A stretch of DNA of 64,000 bases from an uncultured Actinomycetota bacterium (GCA_963765815.1 CAVXXT010000008.1:434666-498665), one strand, 5' to 3'; counted from the stretch's first letter, positions 1-9,747 are shown. The notes: a model not told the origin generated them from the sequence alone. Numbers and translations: made by a program.

Positions 1-716
1 ACGCGGCGGCACAGGAACCCGCCGCGGACGACTCCGACGACGTGCCGACCGACGCACTGCTCCTGACCGGCGACGAGGCGTCCGACGCCGGGGAGCCCGC
101 CGACGGCGGCGACGTGCTCGCCGAGGGCCTCGCGGCGCTGGAGGACGACGAGCCGGTCGTCAACGAGATGGCGGAGGCGCTGGAGAACGCGCCGGGCGAC
201 TGGTACGTCATCCACTCCTACGCCGGCTACGAGAACAAGGTGAAGGCCAACCTCGAGACGCGCATCTCCTCCCTCAACATGGAGGACTACATCTTCCAGA
301 TCGAGGTGCCCACCGAGGAGGTCACCGAGGTCAAGAACGGCAAGCGGCAGATCGTCACGCGCAAGAAGCTCCCGGGCTACCTGTTCGTGCGCATGGACCT
401 CACCGACGAGTCGTGGTCGGCGGTGCGCAACACGCCCGGCGTGACCGGCTTCGTCGGCCAGACCTCACGCCCGTCGCCGCTGTCGAAGGCCGAGGTCATC
501 GCGACTCTCGCGCCGCCGCCGGTCAAGCCGAAGGCCACCGTCAAGCTCGAGTTCGAGGTCGGCGAGTCGATCACCGTCATGGACGGCCCCTTCGCCACGC
601 TGCCGGCGACCATCAACGAGATCAACCACGACTCGCAGAAGCTCAAGGTCCTGGTGTCGATCTTCGGTCGGGAGACCCCGGTCGAGCTGTCGTTCAGCCA
701 GGTCGCCAAGCTCTAG
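1..716 (+). CDS. nusG: transcription antitermination factor NusG (5' end probably upstream of window)
   Basis: Track ORF 42..716, but the frame stays open back to nt 3 through an acidic low-complexity N-terminus. NGN/KOW hallmarks [53 protein letters not shown]. Confidence 0.9.
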   Translation, partial: AAAQEPAADDSDDVPTDALLLTGDEASDAGEPADGGDVLAEGLAALEDDEPVVNEMAEALENAPGDWYVIHSYAGYENKVKANLETRISSLNMEDYIFQIEVPTEEVTEVKNGKRQIVTRKKLPGYLFVRMDLTDESWSAVRNTPGVTGFVGQTSRPSPLSKAEVIATLAPPPVKPKATVKLEFEVGESITVMDGPFATLPATINEINHDSQKLKVLVSIFGRETPVELSFSQVAKL

Positions 717-819
717 GACCGCTCCACCGCACCACCCAGTTCAGCAGCACAGCACCACACGTGGGAGGGCCGCCAGGGTGGCGGACCCGTTCGCACCACG
801 GACGACAGGAGACACCGTC

Positions 820-1542
820 GTGCAGCGCAGCAAGAGCTACCGCAAGGCCGCCGAGCTCATCGAGCCCGACCGCATCTACACCCCGCTCGAGGCCGTCAAG
901 CTGATCAAGCAGACGTCGACGACCAAGTTCGACGCCACCGTAGAGGTCGCCATCCGCCTCGGCGTCGACCCCCGCAAGGCCGACCAGATGGTCCGCGGCA
1001 CGGTCAGCCTGCCGCACGGCACCGGCAAGGTGGTGCGGGTGGCCGTCTTCGCCACCGGCGCCAAGGCCGCCGAGGCCGAGGCGGCCGGCGCCGACATCGT
1101 CGGCTCCGACGACCTGATCGAGCGCGTGGCGGGCGGCTTCGTCGACTTCGACGCGGCGGTCGCGACGCCGGACCTGATGGGCAAGGTCGGCAAGGTCGCC
1201 CGCGTCCTCGGCCCGCGCGGCCTCATGCCCAACCCGAAGACCGGCACCGTGACGATGGACGTGGGCAAGGCCGTCTCGGACATCAAGGGCGGCAAGGTCA
1301 ACTTCCGCGTGGACAAGCAGGGCAACCTGCACCTCGTCATCGGCAAGGCGTCGTTCGACGAGGCGTCGCTGATCGGCAACTACACCGCCGCGCTCGACGA
1401 GGTCAGCCGCGCGAAGCCCTCGTCCGCCAAGGGCCGCTACCTGAAGAAGATCACCCTGACCACCACGATGGGTCCCGGCATCCCCGTCGACACCAGCAAG
1501 CTGCGCAACCTCATGGAGGACCCCGCGCAGGCGCAGGCCTAG
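820..1542 (+). CDS. rplA: 50S ribosomal protein L1
   Basis: GTG 820 preceded by AGGAGA (807-812), in frame with track ORF 778..1542. L1 hallmarks [67 protein letters not shown]. Confidence 0.93.
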   Translation: MQRSKSYRKAAELIEPDRIYTPLEAVKLIKQTSTTKFDATVEVAIRLGVDPRKADQMVRGTVSLPHGTGKVVRVAVFATGAKAAEAEAAGADIVGSDDLIERVAGGFVDFDAAVATPDLMGKVGKVARVLGPRGLMPNPKTGTVTMDVGKAVSDIKGGKVNFRVDKQGNLHLVIGKASFDEASLIGNYTAALDEVSRAKPSSAKGRYLKKITLTTTMGPGIPVDTSKLRNLMEDPAQAQA

Positions 1543-1600
1543 CGGTACGCCGCTCCCGTCCCCGGCGTACTCACGCCCCGCCCTACCCAAGGACTGACTC

Positions 1601-2032
1601 ATGCCTCCGAAGAAGAAGCTCGCAGCCATCATCAAGCTGCAGATCAACGCCGGCGCGGCCACCCCGGCCCCGCCCGTCGGCCCCGCGCTGGGCCAGCACG
1701 GCGTGAACATCATGGAGTTCTGCAAGCAGTACAACGCGCAGACCGAGGGCCAGCGCGGCCTCGTCATCCCGGTCGAGATCTCGGTCTTCGAGGACCGCTC
1801 GTTCACCTTCATCACCAAGACCCCGCCCGCGGCGGTCCTGCTGAAGAAGGCGGCCGGTGTCGAGAAGGGCAGCGGCGAGCCGCACAAGACCAAGGTCGCC
1901 ACGGTGACCAAGGAGCAGGTGCGGGAGATCGCGCAGACCAAGCTGCCCGACCTCAACGCCAACGACCTCGACGCGGCCGAGCAGATCGTCCGCGGGACCG
2001 CCCGCTCGATGGGCATCACCGTCCGCGACTGA
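1601..2032 (+). CDS. rplK: 50S ribosomal protein L11
   Basis: 143 aa. [66 protein letters not shown]. Confidence 0.95.
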   Translation: MPPKKKLAAIIKLQINAGAATPAPPVGPALGQHGVNIMEFCKQYNAQTEGQRGLVIPVEISVFEDRSFTFITKTPPAAVLLKKAAGVEKGSGEPHKTKVATVTKEQVREIAQTKLPDLNANDLDAAEQIVRGTARSMGITVRD

Positions 2033-2047
2033 GCACCAGCCCGGGGA

Positions 2048-2086
2048 GGCGGGGACGGCGCGCGTTTGACCGGGCGCCGTCCCGCC
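2048..2086 (+). terminator. GC-rich hairpin after rplK (candidate intrinsic terminator/attenuator)
   Basis: Arms ggcggggacggcgc / ggcgccgtcccgcc with one bulged G, 16 nt after the rplK stop. No U-tract. Confidence 0.4.
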
Positions 2087-2296
2087 ACCTACCCTCGTCC
2101 CCAGCCACAGACCGCCGGTCGCTGCCCACCAGGGCAGCCGAAAGCCCCGACTCGCTCGGGCGGCCCGCGCAGGCGCACGGCAAGTGATCTCCCGACGGCC
2201 ATGCCGTCGTGCGACGCCCCGCGCTCCTGCGCCGGGGCGTTCTTGCGTCTTGCGGGCCGGAACCCGGCGCCGAACCAGGACCAAGACAGGAGGCAC

Positions 2297-3061
2297 ATGG
2301 CGAGGCCCGACAAGGCGTCGTCGGTCGCCGAGATCACCGAGGCCTTCCAGGCCACCGGTGGTGCGGTGCTCACCGAGTACCGCGGGCTCACCGTGGCCGA
2401 GCTGACCGAGCTTCGGCGCTCGCTGGGCGCCAACGCCCGCTACGCCGTCGTCAAGAACACGCTCACCAAGATCGCCGCCAAGGAGGCGGGGATCGAGGGT
2501 CTCGACACGCTGCTCTCCGGCCCGACCGCGATCGCGTTCGTGACCGGCGACGCCGTCGAGACGGCCAAGGCGGTGCGCGACTTCGCGAAGACGCGGCCGC
2601 TGCTCGTCATCAAGGGCGGCGTGTTCGAGGGCAAGCTGCTCTCGACCGCCGAGGTGTCCAAGCTGGCCAACCTGGAGAGCCGCGAGGTGCTCCTCGCCAA
2701 GCTCGCCGGGGCGATGCAGGCGTCGCTGTCGCAGGCCGTGTCGCTGTTCGCCGCACCGCTGTCGCAGGCGGTCCGGCTCGCGGCGGCGCTGCGCGACAAG
2801 GTCGAGCGCGAGGGTGGCCCCGCCGCCGCCGCGCCGGCCGCGGTGGAGCCGGCTGCTGCCGACGAGGCCGTGACCGAGGAAGCCGTGACCGAGGAAGCCG
2901 TGACCGAGGTGGCTGCGTCTGACGACGCCGCGCCGGAGGCGGTCGCCGAGGAGCCGGCTGCTGCCGAGTCCGCGGCCGCTGACGACGTCACGACCGAGAG
3001 CACCGAGAGCACCGAGAGCACCGAGAGCACCGAGAGCACCGAGAGCACAGACCAGGGCTGA
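2297..3061 (+). CDS. rplJ: 50S ribosomal protein L10 with long acidic repeat-bearing C-terminal extension
   Basis: ATG 2297 after AGGAGG (2288-2293), in frame with track ORF 2066..3061. [45 protein letters not shown]. The last ~80 aa are A/E/T/V-rich. Confidence 0.9.
   Translation: MARPDKASSVAEITEAFQATGGAVLTEYRGLTVAELTELRRSLGANARYAVVKNTLTKIAAKEAGIEGLDTLLSGPTAIAFVTGDAVETAKAVRDFAKTRPLLVIKGGVFEGKLLSTAEVSKLANLESREVLLAKLAGAMQASLSQAVSLFAAPLSQAVRLAAALRDKVEREGGPAAAAPAAVEPAAADEAVTEEAVTEEAVTEVAASDDAAPEAVAEEPAAAESAAADDVTTESTESTESTESTESTESTDQG
2867..2911 (+). repeat. 15-bp tandem repeat x3 (gccgtgaccgaggaa) inside rplJ 3' region
   Basis: Exact units at 2867-2881 and 2882-2896; third unit 2897-2911 differs in its last 2 nt. 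Encodes (E)AVTE x3. Confidence 0.95.
2993..3046 (+). repeat. 9-bp tandem repeat x6 (accgagagc) inside rplJ 3' end
   Basis: Six perfect consecutive copies encoding TES x6, just before the rplJ stop. Confidence 0.97.
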
Positions 3062-3120
3062 CCGGCCCGAGATCCCCTTCCAGCCGGGCCACGCCCGCAC
3101 CCACCGAAAGGACCGCCACC

Positions 3121-3513
3121 ATGGCGAAGCTCAGCACCGACGAGCTGCTCGACGCGTTCAAGGAGATGACGCTGATCGAGCTCTCTGAGTTCGTGAAGCA
3201 GTTCGAGGACACCTTCGGCGTCACCGCCGCCGCTCCCGTCGCGGTTGCCGCGGCACCGGCCGCCGGCGGCGGCGGCGCTGCCGCGGAGGAGTCGGCCGAG
3301 CAGGACGAGTTCGACGTCATCCTCGAGGCTGCCGGCGACAAGAAGATCCAGGTCATCAAGGAGGTGCGCACGCTCACGAACCTCGGCCTCAAGGAGGCCA
3401 AGGACCTCGTCGACGGCGCGCCCAAGCCCGTGCTCGAGAAGGCCAACAAGGAGACCGCGGACAAGGCGAAGGCGGCGCTCGAGAGCGCCGGCGCGACCGT
3501 CACCGTCAAGTAG
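3121..3513 (+). CDS. rplL: 50S ribosomal protein L7/L12
   Basis: 130 aa. [66 protein letters not shown]. Confidence 0.96.
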   Translation: MAKLSTDELLDAFKEMTLIELSEFVKQFEDTFGVTAAAPVAVAAAPAAGGGGAAAEESAEQDEFDVILEAAGDKKIQVIKEVRTLTNLGLKEAKDLVDGAPKPVLEKANKETADKAKAALESAGATVTVK

Positions 3514-3626
3514 AGCAAACGGAACTGCGCAGTCGCGGGCTCCCGGCGGTCACCTGACGTCGGCGCCCACCGGCCGCGCTGGGGGTGAAACCCCTGGCCA
3601 ATTGCCTAACGCACGATGCCCGACGT

Positions 3627-3664
3627 CGAGAGGCGGTCACCCCCAACGGGGTGACCGCCTCTCG
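3627..3664 (+). terminator. intrinsic-terminator-like hairpin downstream of rplL
   Basis: Perfect 16-bp stem cgagaggcggtcaccc / gggtgaccgcctctcg with a short loop, followed by gtgttgt. Confidence 0.6.
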
Positions 3665-3779
3665 TGTTGTCGCGGCCCCACTTGTGGCACACAGGGGCAA
3701 GTCGGACCTAGTGTTACCTGCGTCACACCCCCTCGCGGCGGTGTGAGCCCCGTCCCGACGTACCGCGAGGAGCGCACGA

Positions 3780-4814
3780 GTGGGCGTCGAGATCAGGGTC
3801 GAGGGCCTCACCAAGAGCTTCGGCCGGCAGACGATCTTCGAGGACGTCACGCTCACGATCCCGGCCGGCGAGATCTCGGTGATGCTCGGCCCTTCGGGCA
3901 CCGGCAAGTCGGTCTTCCTCAAGCACCTGGTCGGCCTGCTCAAGCCCAACCGCGGTCACATCTACGTCGACGGCCACGACATCCCGCACATCCACGAGCG
4001 GGAGCTCTACGAGGTGCGCAAGCTCTTCGGCGTGCTCTTCCAGGACGGTGCGCTGTTCGGGTCGATGTCGCTCTACGACAACATCGCCTTCCCGCTTCGT
4101 GAGCACACGAAGAAGAAGGAGACGGAGATCCGCTCCATCGTCATGGAGAAGATGGAGATGGTCGGCCTTCTCGGCGCGGAGGCGAAGCTCCCGGGCGAGA
4201 TCTCCGGTGGCATGCGCAAGCGGGCCGGCCTGGCGCGGGCGCTCGTGCTGGACCCCGAGATCATCCTGTTCGACGAGCCCGACTCCGGCCTCGACCCGGT
4301 GCGTGTCGCCTACCTCAACCAGCTGATCGTGGATCTCAACCACCAGATCGGCGCGACGTTCCTCATCGTCACCCACGACATCGGCACCGCCCGCACCGTG
4401 CCGGACAACATCGGACTGCTGTTCCGCCGCCGGCTCGTCATGTTCGGGCCCCGGCAGGAGCTGCTCGACAGCGACGAGCCGGTGGTCCGCCAGTTCCTCA
4501 ACGGGCGCATGGAGGGCCCGATCGGGATGGCCGAGGAGAAGGACGCCGCCGTCGTCCAGCGCGAGCTCGCCTCCCTCGCCGCCCGGGGCGGCGACAAGCC
4601 GCTCGGCGCTCCGGGTCCCAAGGGGGCGTCGGCCGACGGCTCGAGCGTCCGGGTCCGGCCGAGCGCCGCCGCGCTCGCCGAGACCCCGGCGTCGACGTCC
4701 GCCGCGAAGTCGCGTCAGCGACCTGCGAAGAAGGCCGCCGCTGAGACGCCCGCGCCGAAGAAGAAGGCGGCTCCTCGCAAGGCGGCGTCACGTCCGCGCA
4801 AGGAGCCGAAGTGA
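3780..4814 (+). CDS. mceG: Mce-system ABC ATPase (Mkl/MceG, MlaF-like) with basic K/A/P-rich tail
   Basis: GTG start, 344 aa. Walker A GPSGTGKS, ABC signature ISGGMRKRAGLARAL, Walker B ILFDEPDSGLD, H-loop VTHD. Heads a yrbE/mce operon. Confidence 0.9.
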   Translation: MGVEIRVEGLTKSFGRQTIFEDVTLTIPAGEISVMLGPSGTGKSVFLKHLVGLLKPNRGHIYVDGHDIPHIHERELYEVRKLFGVLFQDGALFGSMSLYDNIAFPLREHTKKKETEIRSIVMEKMEMVGLLGAEAKLPGEISGGMRKRAGLARALVLDPEIILFDEPDSGLDPVRVAYLNQLIVDLNHQIGATFLIVTHDIGTARTVPDNIGLLFRRRLVMFGPRQELLDSDEPVVRQFLNGRMEGPIGMAEEKDAAVVQRELASLAARGGDKPLGAPGPKGASADGSSVRVRPSAAALAETPASTSAAKSRQRPAKKAAAETPAPKKKAAPRKAASRPRKEPK

Positions 4815-5578
4815 CTGTCGCTACCGGCGCGCTGCGGGAGACCGGCAGCTTCTTCGCGTTCTCCCTCGACGTCCTGCGCGGGTTCTTCCGTCGACCGTTC
4901 CAGCTCGCCGAGTTCATCAACCAGTCGTGGTTCATCGCCAGCGTCACCATCCTGCCGACCGCGCTCGTCTCCATCCCGTTCGGCGCGGTCATCGCGCTCC
5001 AGCTGGGCAACCTCACCCGGCAGCTGGGCGCGCAGTCGTTCACCGGGTCCGCCTCGGTGCTCGCGGTGGTCCGAGAGGCGTCGCCGATCGTCACAGCCCT
5101 GCTGATCGCCGGTGCCGGGGGATCCGCCATCTGCGCGGACCTCGGCGCTCGGAAGATCCGCGACGAGATCGACGCCATGGAGGTGCTCGGCATCTCGCCG
5201 CTCCAGCGGCTCGTCGTGCCCCGGGTGCTCGCGGCCGCGCTCGTCGCCATGCTGCTGAACGGCCTGGTGTCGGTGGTCGGCGTGTGCGGCGGCTACTTCT
5301 TCAACGTGGTGCTCCAGGGCGGCACCCCCGGTGCCTACCTCGCGTCGTTCTCGGCGCTGGCCCAGCTGCCCGACCTGTACGCCGGCGAGGTCAAGGCGAT
5401 CGTGTTCGGCGTGCTGGCCGCGTTGGTGGCGTCGTACAAGGGGCTCAACGCCAAGGGCGGCCCCAAGGGTGTCGGCGACGCGGTCAACCAGTCGGTCGTC
5501 ATCACGTTCATGCTGCTGTTCTTCGCCAACTTCGTGCTGACGGCGCTCTACTTCCAGCTCGTCCCCCAGAAGGTCTGA
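4811..5578 (+). CDS. yrbEA: Mce-system permease YrbE-A (MlaE family)
   Basis: GTGA start/stop overlap with mceG. 255-aa polytopic membrane protein. VREASPIVTALLIAGAGGSAICADLGARKIRDEIDAMEVLGISP. Confidence 0.88.
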   Translation: MTVATGALRETGSFFAFSLDVLRGFFRRPFQLAEFINQSWFIASVTILPTALVSIPFGAVIALQLGNLTRQLGAQSFTGSASVLAVVREASPIVTALLIAGAGGSAICADLGARKIRDEIDAMEVLGISPLQRLVVPRVLAAALVAMLLNGLVSVVGVCGGYFFNVVLQGGTPGAYLASFSALAQLPDLYAGEVKAIVFGVLAALVASYKGLNAKGGPKGVGDAVNQSVVITFMLLFFANFVLTALYFQLVPQKV

Positions 5579-5588
5579 GGGGGCAGCG

Positions 5589-6449
5589 ATGTCGATCCTC
5601 GACGCACCTATAGCGCGGCCCGTCCGCGCGGCCGGGCGCGCGCTGCGGGTCCCGCTCGACGGCCTCGAGTCGCTCGGACTCCAGATGTCGTTCTACGGGC
5701 GCTCGCTCGGCTGGCTGCCGAAGACGGTCCGGCGCTACAAGAAGGAGGTCCTGCGCCTGCTCGCCGAGGTCAGCCTCGGGTCGGGCGCGCTGGTGATGAT
5801 CGGCGGCACGATCGGCGTCATCACCTTCATGACGTTCTTCACCGGCACACAGGTCGGGCTCGAGGGCTACTCGGCGCTCAACCAGCTCGGGTCGTCAGCG
5901 TTCACCGGCTTCATCTCGGCGTACTTCAACACCCGGGAGATCAGCCCCCTCGTCGCCGCGCTCGCCCTGTCGGCGACGGTCGGCTGCGGCTTCACGGCGC
6001 AGCTCGGTGCGATGCGCATCAGCGAGGAGGTCGACGCCCTCGAGGTGATGGGCATCCCGTCGATCCCGTTCCTCGTGACGACCCGGATCATCGCCGGGTT
6101 CATCGCGGTGATCCCGCTGTACGTCGTCGGCCTGCTGTCGTCGTACCTCGCCACTCGGCTGATCGTCACGCAGTACTTCGGTCAGTCCACCGGGACCTAC
6201 GACCACTACTTCCACCTGTTCCTGCCGCCGGTCGACATCCTCTGGTCGTTCGGCAAGGTCCTGGTGTTCTCGGTCGTGATCGTGCTCATCCACTGCTACT
6301 ACGGCTACCACGCCTCGGGCGGCCCGGCCGGAGTCGGCATCGCGGTCGGTCGCGCCGTGCGGGCGGCGATCGTCGCCGTCAACGTCGTGGACTTCTTCCT
6401 GAGCCTGGCCATCTGGGGCGCGACGACGACCGTCCGGATCGCGGGGTAG
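5589..6449 (+). CDS. yrbEB: Mce-system permease YrbE-B (MlaE family)
   Basis: 286 aa, paralogous to the preceding ORF. TREISPLVAALALSATVGCGFTAQLGAMRISEEVDALEVMGIPS. Confidence 0.88.
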   Translation: MSILDAPIARPVRAAGRALRVPLDGLESLGLQMSFYGRSLGWLPKTVRRYKKEVLRLLAEVSLGSGALVMIGGTIGVITFMTFFTGTQVGLEGYSALNQLGSSAFTGFISAYFNTREISPLVAALALSATVGCGFTAQLGAMRISEEVDALEVMGIPSIPFLVTTRIIAGFIAVIPLYVVGLLSSYLATRLIVTQYFGQSTGTYDHYFHLFLPPVDILWSFGKVLVFSVVIVLIHCYYGYHASGGPAGVGIAVGRAVRAAIVAVNVVDFFLSLAIWGATTTVRIAG

Positions 6450-6455
6450 CGGGAG

Positions 6456-7724
6456 ATGTCGGTGTTCGGGCGCACGGCGCGGCTCCGCCTGCTCGGCGTG
6501 GCCTTCCTCGGCGTGCTGGCTCTCCTGCTGGGACTGGCGGTGGCGGTCTACCAGAAGAAGTTCGTCGACGTCGTCACGGTGAGCCTGCGGACCGGGCGCA
6601 TCGGCAACCAGCTCGCCGCGCCCGGCGACGTGAAGCTCCGCGGGCTGATCGTCGGCGAGATCCGCAGCACCACCAGCGACGGGGCGGGCGCGCGGATCGA
6701 GATCGCACTCGACCCGGACACGGTCGGGCTGATCCCGGCGAACGTCGAGGCGCGGATCCTGCCCAAGACGCTGTTCGGGGAGAAGTTCGTCGACCTGATC
6801 CTCCCGAGCGCACCGTCGTCGGAGCACATCGCCCAAGGCGACGTGATCACCGAGGACCGGTCGCAGACCGCGATCGAGACGGAGCGAGTCTTCAAGGACC
6901 TGCTGCCGCTCCTGCAGGCGGTGGAGCCGGCGAAGCTGAACACGTCGCTGAGCGCCGTCGCCACCGCGCTCGAGGGCAGGGGCGACGCACTCGGCGACAA
7001 CCTGGTCCGGGCGGGGGAGTACTTCCGCGGCCTCAACCCGAGCCTGCCCACGCTGACCGAGGATCTGGCCCGGCTGGCCGACGTCGCCCGGTCCTATGAC
7101 GCGAGCGCACCGGACCTGCTCCGGTTCCTCGCCAACTCGTCGGTGACCGCGCGCACGTTCAGCCAGAAGGCCGACGCGCTCGCCGCATTCCTCGCCGGCA
7201 CGACCGGCTTCGCCAGCACCGCCACCGACCTGCTCACCGAGCAGGGCGACCGGATGATCCGGCTCGCTGACGTCGCCCGCCCGACACTGACGACGGCCGC
7301 CCGCTACTCGCCGGGGTTCCCCTGTCTGCTCCGCGGGCTGACCGAGATGGTGCCGCTCGCAAGCGAGACGTTCGGCGGGCCGCAGGGTCCCTACCTGCAC
7401 ATCACGCTCGAGGTGATCGATCAGCGCGGCGGCTACCGGCCGGGTGTCGACGACCCGAAGTACGGCGCCGATCCCGGGCCGCGGTGCTATGGGCTGCCGC
7501 AGCCGGGTGAGGTGGACAAGGGACCGGGCGCGGGCAGCGGGCAGACGATCGCCGCGGGCTCGCTCCTCGATGGCGTCACCGGCGCGGTCGGCTCGCCGGA
7601 GGAGAAGGCTCGCGTGGCCGCGGTCGCTGCGCCCCTGCTCGGCGTCTCCCGAGCCGGCGTACCGGACATCACCACGCTGCTGCTCGGTCCGATGATGCGC
7701 GGGCTGCAGGTGGGGCTGGCATGA
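6456..7724 (+). CDS. mceA: Mce family substrate-binding protein MceA
   Basis: 422 aa. N-terminal TM LLGVAFLGVLALLLGLAVAVY followed by an MlaD/Mce domain (GDVKLRGLIVGEIRS). First of six consecutive paralogues. Confidence 0.85.
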   Translation: MSVFGRTARLRLLGVAFLGVLALLLGLAVAVYQKKFVDVVTVSLRTGRIGNQLAAPGDVKLRGLIVGEIRSTTSDGAGARIEIALDPDTVGLIPANVEARILPKTLFGEKFVDLILPSAPSSEHIAQGDVITEDRSQTAIETERVFKDLLPLLQAVEPAKLNTSLSAVATALEGRGDALGDNLVRAGEYFRGLNPSLPTLTEDLARLADVARSYDASAPDLLRFLANSSVTARTFSQKADALAAFLAGTTGFASTATDLLTEQGDRMIRLADVARPTLTTAARYSPGFPCLLRGLTEMVPLASETFGGPQGPYLHITLEVIDQRGGYRPGVDDPKYGADPGPRCYGLPQPGEVDKGPGAGSGQTIAAGSLLDGVTGAVGSPEEKARVAAVAAPLLGVSRAGVPDITTLLLGPMMRGLQVGLA

Positions 7725-8749
7725 GGAGGACTACCAGCCGCTCCCTCGCGAAGCTCACGGTCTTCGCGGTCGTCACGATCGCCCTGACCGCGGTGCTCGC
7801 CGCGACGATGGGCAACCTGTCGCTGAGCAGCGGGGAGACCTACCACGCGCGGTTCAACGACGTGACGGGGCTGCTCAAGGGCGACGACGTGCGGATCGCG
7901 GGCGTGCGGGTCGGCTCGGTCAAGCGGCTGGAGGTCGACGAGGACGGCGCCGCGCGGGTCACGATGGCGATCGACGACGGCGTGCCGATGCGCACGACGA
8001 CGCGTGCACGTGTCCGCTACCGCAACCTGGTCGGCCAGCGGTACGTCAGCCTGACCGAGGGCCCGGGCGCGGGCGGAGCGCTCGAGCCCGGCGCGGTGAT
8101 CCCGCTCGAGCGCACCGACGAGGCGCTCGACCTCACCGTCCTGTTCAACGGCTTCAAGCCGCTCTTCACGGCGCTGACGCCGAAGGACGTCAACACGCTG
8201 GCGTTCGAGATCATCCGCACCCTCCAGGGCGAGGGCGGCACGATCGACAGCCTGCTGTCCCACACCGCGTCGCTCACCAACACCATCGCCGATCGCGACG
8301 CAGCCGTCGGTCGTGTCGTCACCAACCTCAACACCGTCCTCGCCACCGTCGACGCCCGTGACGACCGGCTCAGCAGCCTGCTCGCCGAGCTGCAGCGCTT
8401 CGTGTCCGGGCTGTCCGGCGACCGAGAGGCCATCCTCGGCTCGCTGGCGAGCATCGACTCGCTGGCCGAGTCCACCGCCGACCTGATCTCCGGGATCCGC
8501 CCGTCGGTGCGCGCCAACATCGCGGCGCTCGCGCCGGTCGCGGACAAGCTCGCGTCGGGTGGCAAGCTGGAGCGGCTCACCCAGGAGCTGCCCGGCCGTC
8601 TCAGCGCGCTGATCGCCACGGCCAACTACGGGTCGTGGCAGAACTTCTACCTCTGCGAGTTCACCGGCACGATCACGATCCCGACCCCCGGCGGACCCGT
8701 CGTCCGGTCGCCGAACTTCGTGAGCACCGCGCCCAGGTGTCAGTCATGA
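7721..8749 (+). CDS. mceB: Mce family protein MceB
   Basis: ATGA overlap with mceA. 342 aa, TM plus Mce domain (GDDVRIAGVRVGSVKRLEV). Confidence 0.85.
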   Translation: MRRTTSRSLAKLTVFAVVTIALTAVLAATMGNLSLSSGETYHARFNDVTGLLKGDDVRIAGVRVGSVKRLEVDEDGAARVTMAIDDGVPMRTTTRARVRYRNLVGQRYVSLTEGPGAGGALEPGAVIPLERTDEALDLTVLFNGFKPLFTALTPKDVNTLAFEIIRTLQGEGGTIDSLLSHTASLTNTIADRDAAVGRVVTNLNTVLATVDARDDRLSSLLAELQRFVSGLSGDREAILGSLASIDSLAESTADLISGIRPSVRANIAALAPVADKLASGGKLERLTQELPGRLSALIATANYGSWQNFYLCEFTGTITIPTPGGPVVRSPNFVSTAPRCQS

Positions 8750-9747
8750 CGCCGTTCCGCGAGCGCAACCCGGTGCCGATCGGCGGGTTCGGCCTGCTGC
8801 TGATGGCGCTGCTGATGTTCGGCGCGTTCAACGCCGACCGCCTGCCGTTCATCGGCAGCGGCGAGACCTACCGCGCCGCCTTCGTCGAGGCCGCCGGGCT
8901 GAAGGTGGGCGACGAGGTGCGGATCGCCGGCATCAAGGTCGGCGAGGTCGAGGAGATCTCCCTCGTCGGCACCCACGTGCGCGTCGTCATGCGGATGCGG
9001 CCGTCGACCCGGCTCGGCGAGCAGACGCGCGCCGCGATCAAGATCAAGACAGTGCTCGGCCAGAAGTACGTCGCGGTCGAGCCGGCCGGGTCGGGGGAGC
9101 TGGACCGCGAGGTGGAGATCCCGGTCGAGCGGACCACGAGCCCGTTCACCCTCGAGGACGCGTTCGGGGGTCTCTCGCGCACCATCGACGAGATCGACAC
9201 CGATCAGCTGGCGAAGGCGTTCGACACGTTGACCGAGACGTTCAAGGACTCGCCGGACGACGTGCAGGCTGCGCTGCGCGGGCTCTCGCGGCTCTCCCGG
9301 ACCGTCTCCTCCCGCGACGCCGAGCTGCGTCAGCTCCTCGACCACGCGGCGGGCGTCACCACGGTGCTGGCCGACCGCGACGACGAGCTGGTCAAGCTCA
9401 TGGCGGACGGGGATCTGCTGCTGCGCGCCGTCGAGCAGCGTCGCGACGTGATCCACCAGCTGCTGGTGAACACCTCCGCGCTGTCGCGCCAGCTCACGGC
9501 GCTGGTGCAGGAGAACCGCACGGCGCTCAAGCCGGCGCTGGACAACCTCAACCGCGTCGTCGACGTGCTCCAGCGCAACAAAGCGAGCGTCGAGGAGTCG
9601 ATCCGGCTGCTCGGCCCGTTCGTCCGCGACCTCACCAACACGATCGGCAACGGCCGTTGGTTCGACGTGTTCATCAGCAGCCTCGTGCCGCTCCCGCCGG
9701 CGGTCGAGCTCCCGCCGACGCCCGCGCCGAAGGCAGGGTCGCGATGA
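8746..9747 (+). CDS. mceC: Mce family protein MceC
   Basis: Start set at ATG 8746 (ATGA overlap with the mceB stop); track ORF 8635.. begins inside mceB. TM GGFGLLLMALLMFGAF, Mce domain GDEVRIAGIKVGEVEEISL. Confidence 0.82.
   Translation: MTPFRERNPVPIGGFGLLLMALLMFGAFNADRLPFIGSGETYRAAFVEAAGLKVGDEVRIAGIKVGEVEEISLVGTHVRVVMRMRPSTRLGEQTRAAIKIKTVLGQKYVAVEPAGSGELDREVEIPVERTTSPFTLEDAFGGLSRTIDEIDTDQLAKAFDTLTETFKDSPDDVQAALRGLSRLSRTVSSRDAELRQLLDHAAGVTTVLADRDDELVKLMADGDLLLRAVEQRRDVIHQLLVNTSALSRQLTALVQENRTALKPALDNLNRVVDVLQRNKASVEESIRLLGPFVRDLTNTIGNGRWFDVFISSLVPLPPAVELPPTPAPKAGSR

Noticed and set aside
2993-3046. Short perfect tandem repeats that might suggest a CRISPR array or VNTR locus.
   Set aside because: The units are contiguous with no spacers, are 9 bp long, and are in frame within rplJ. 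This is a coding microsatellite, not a CRISPR array.
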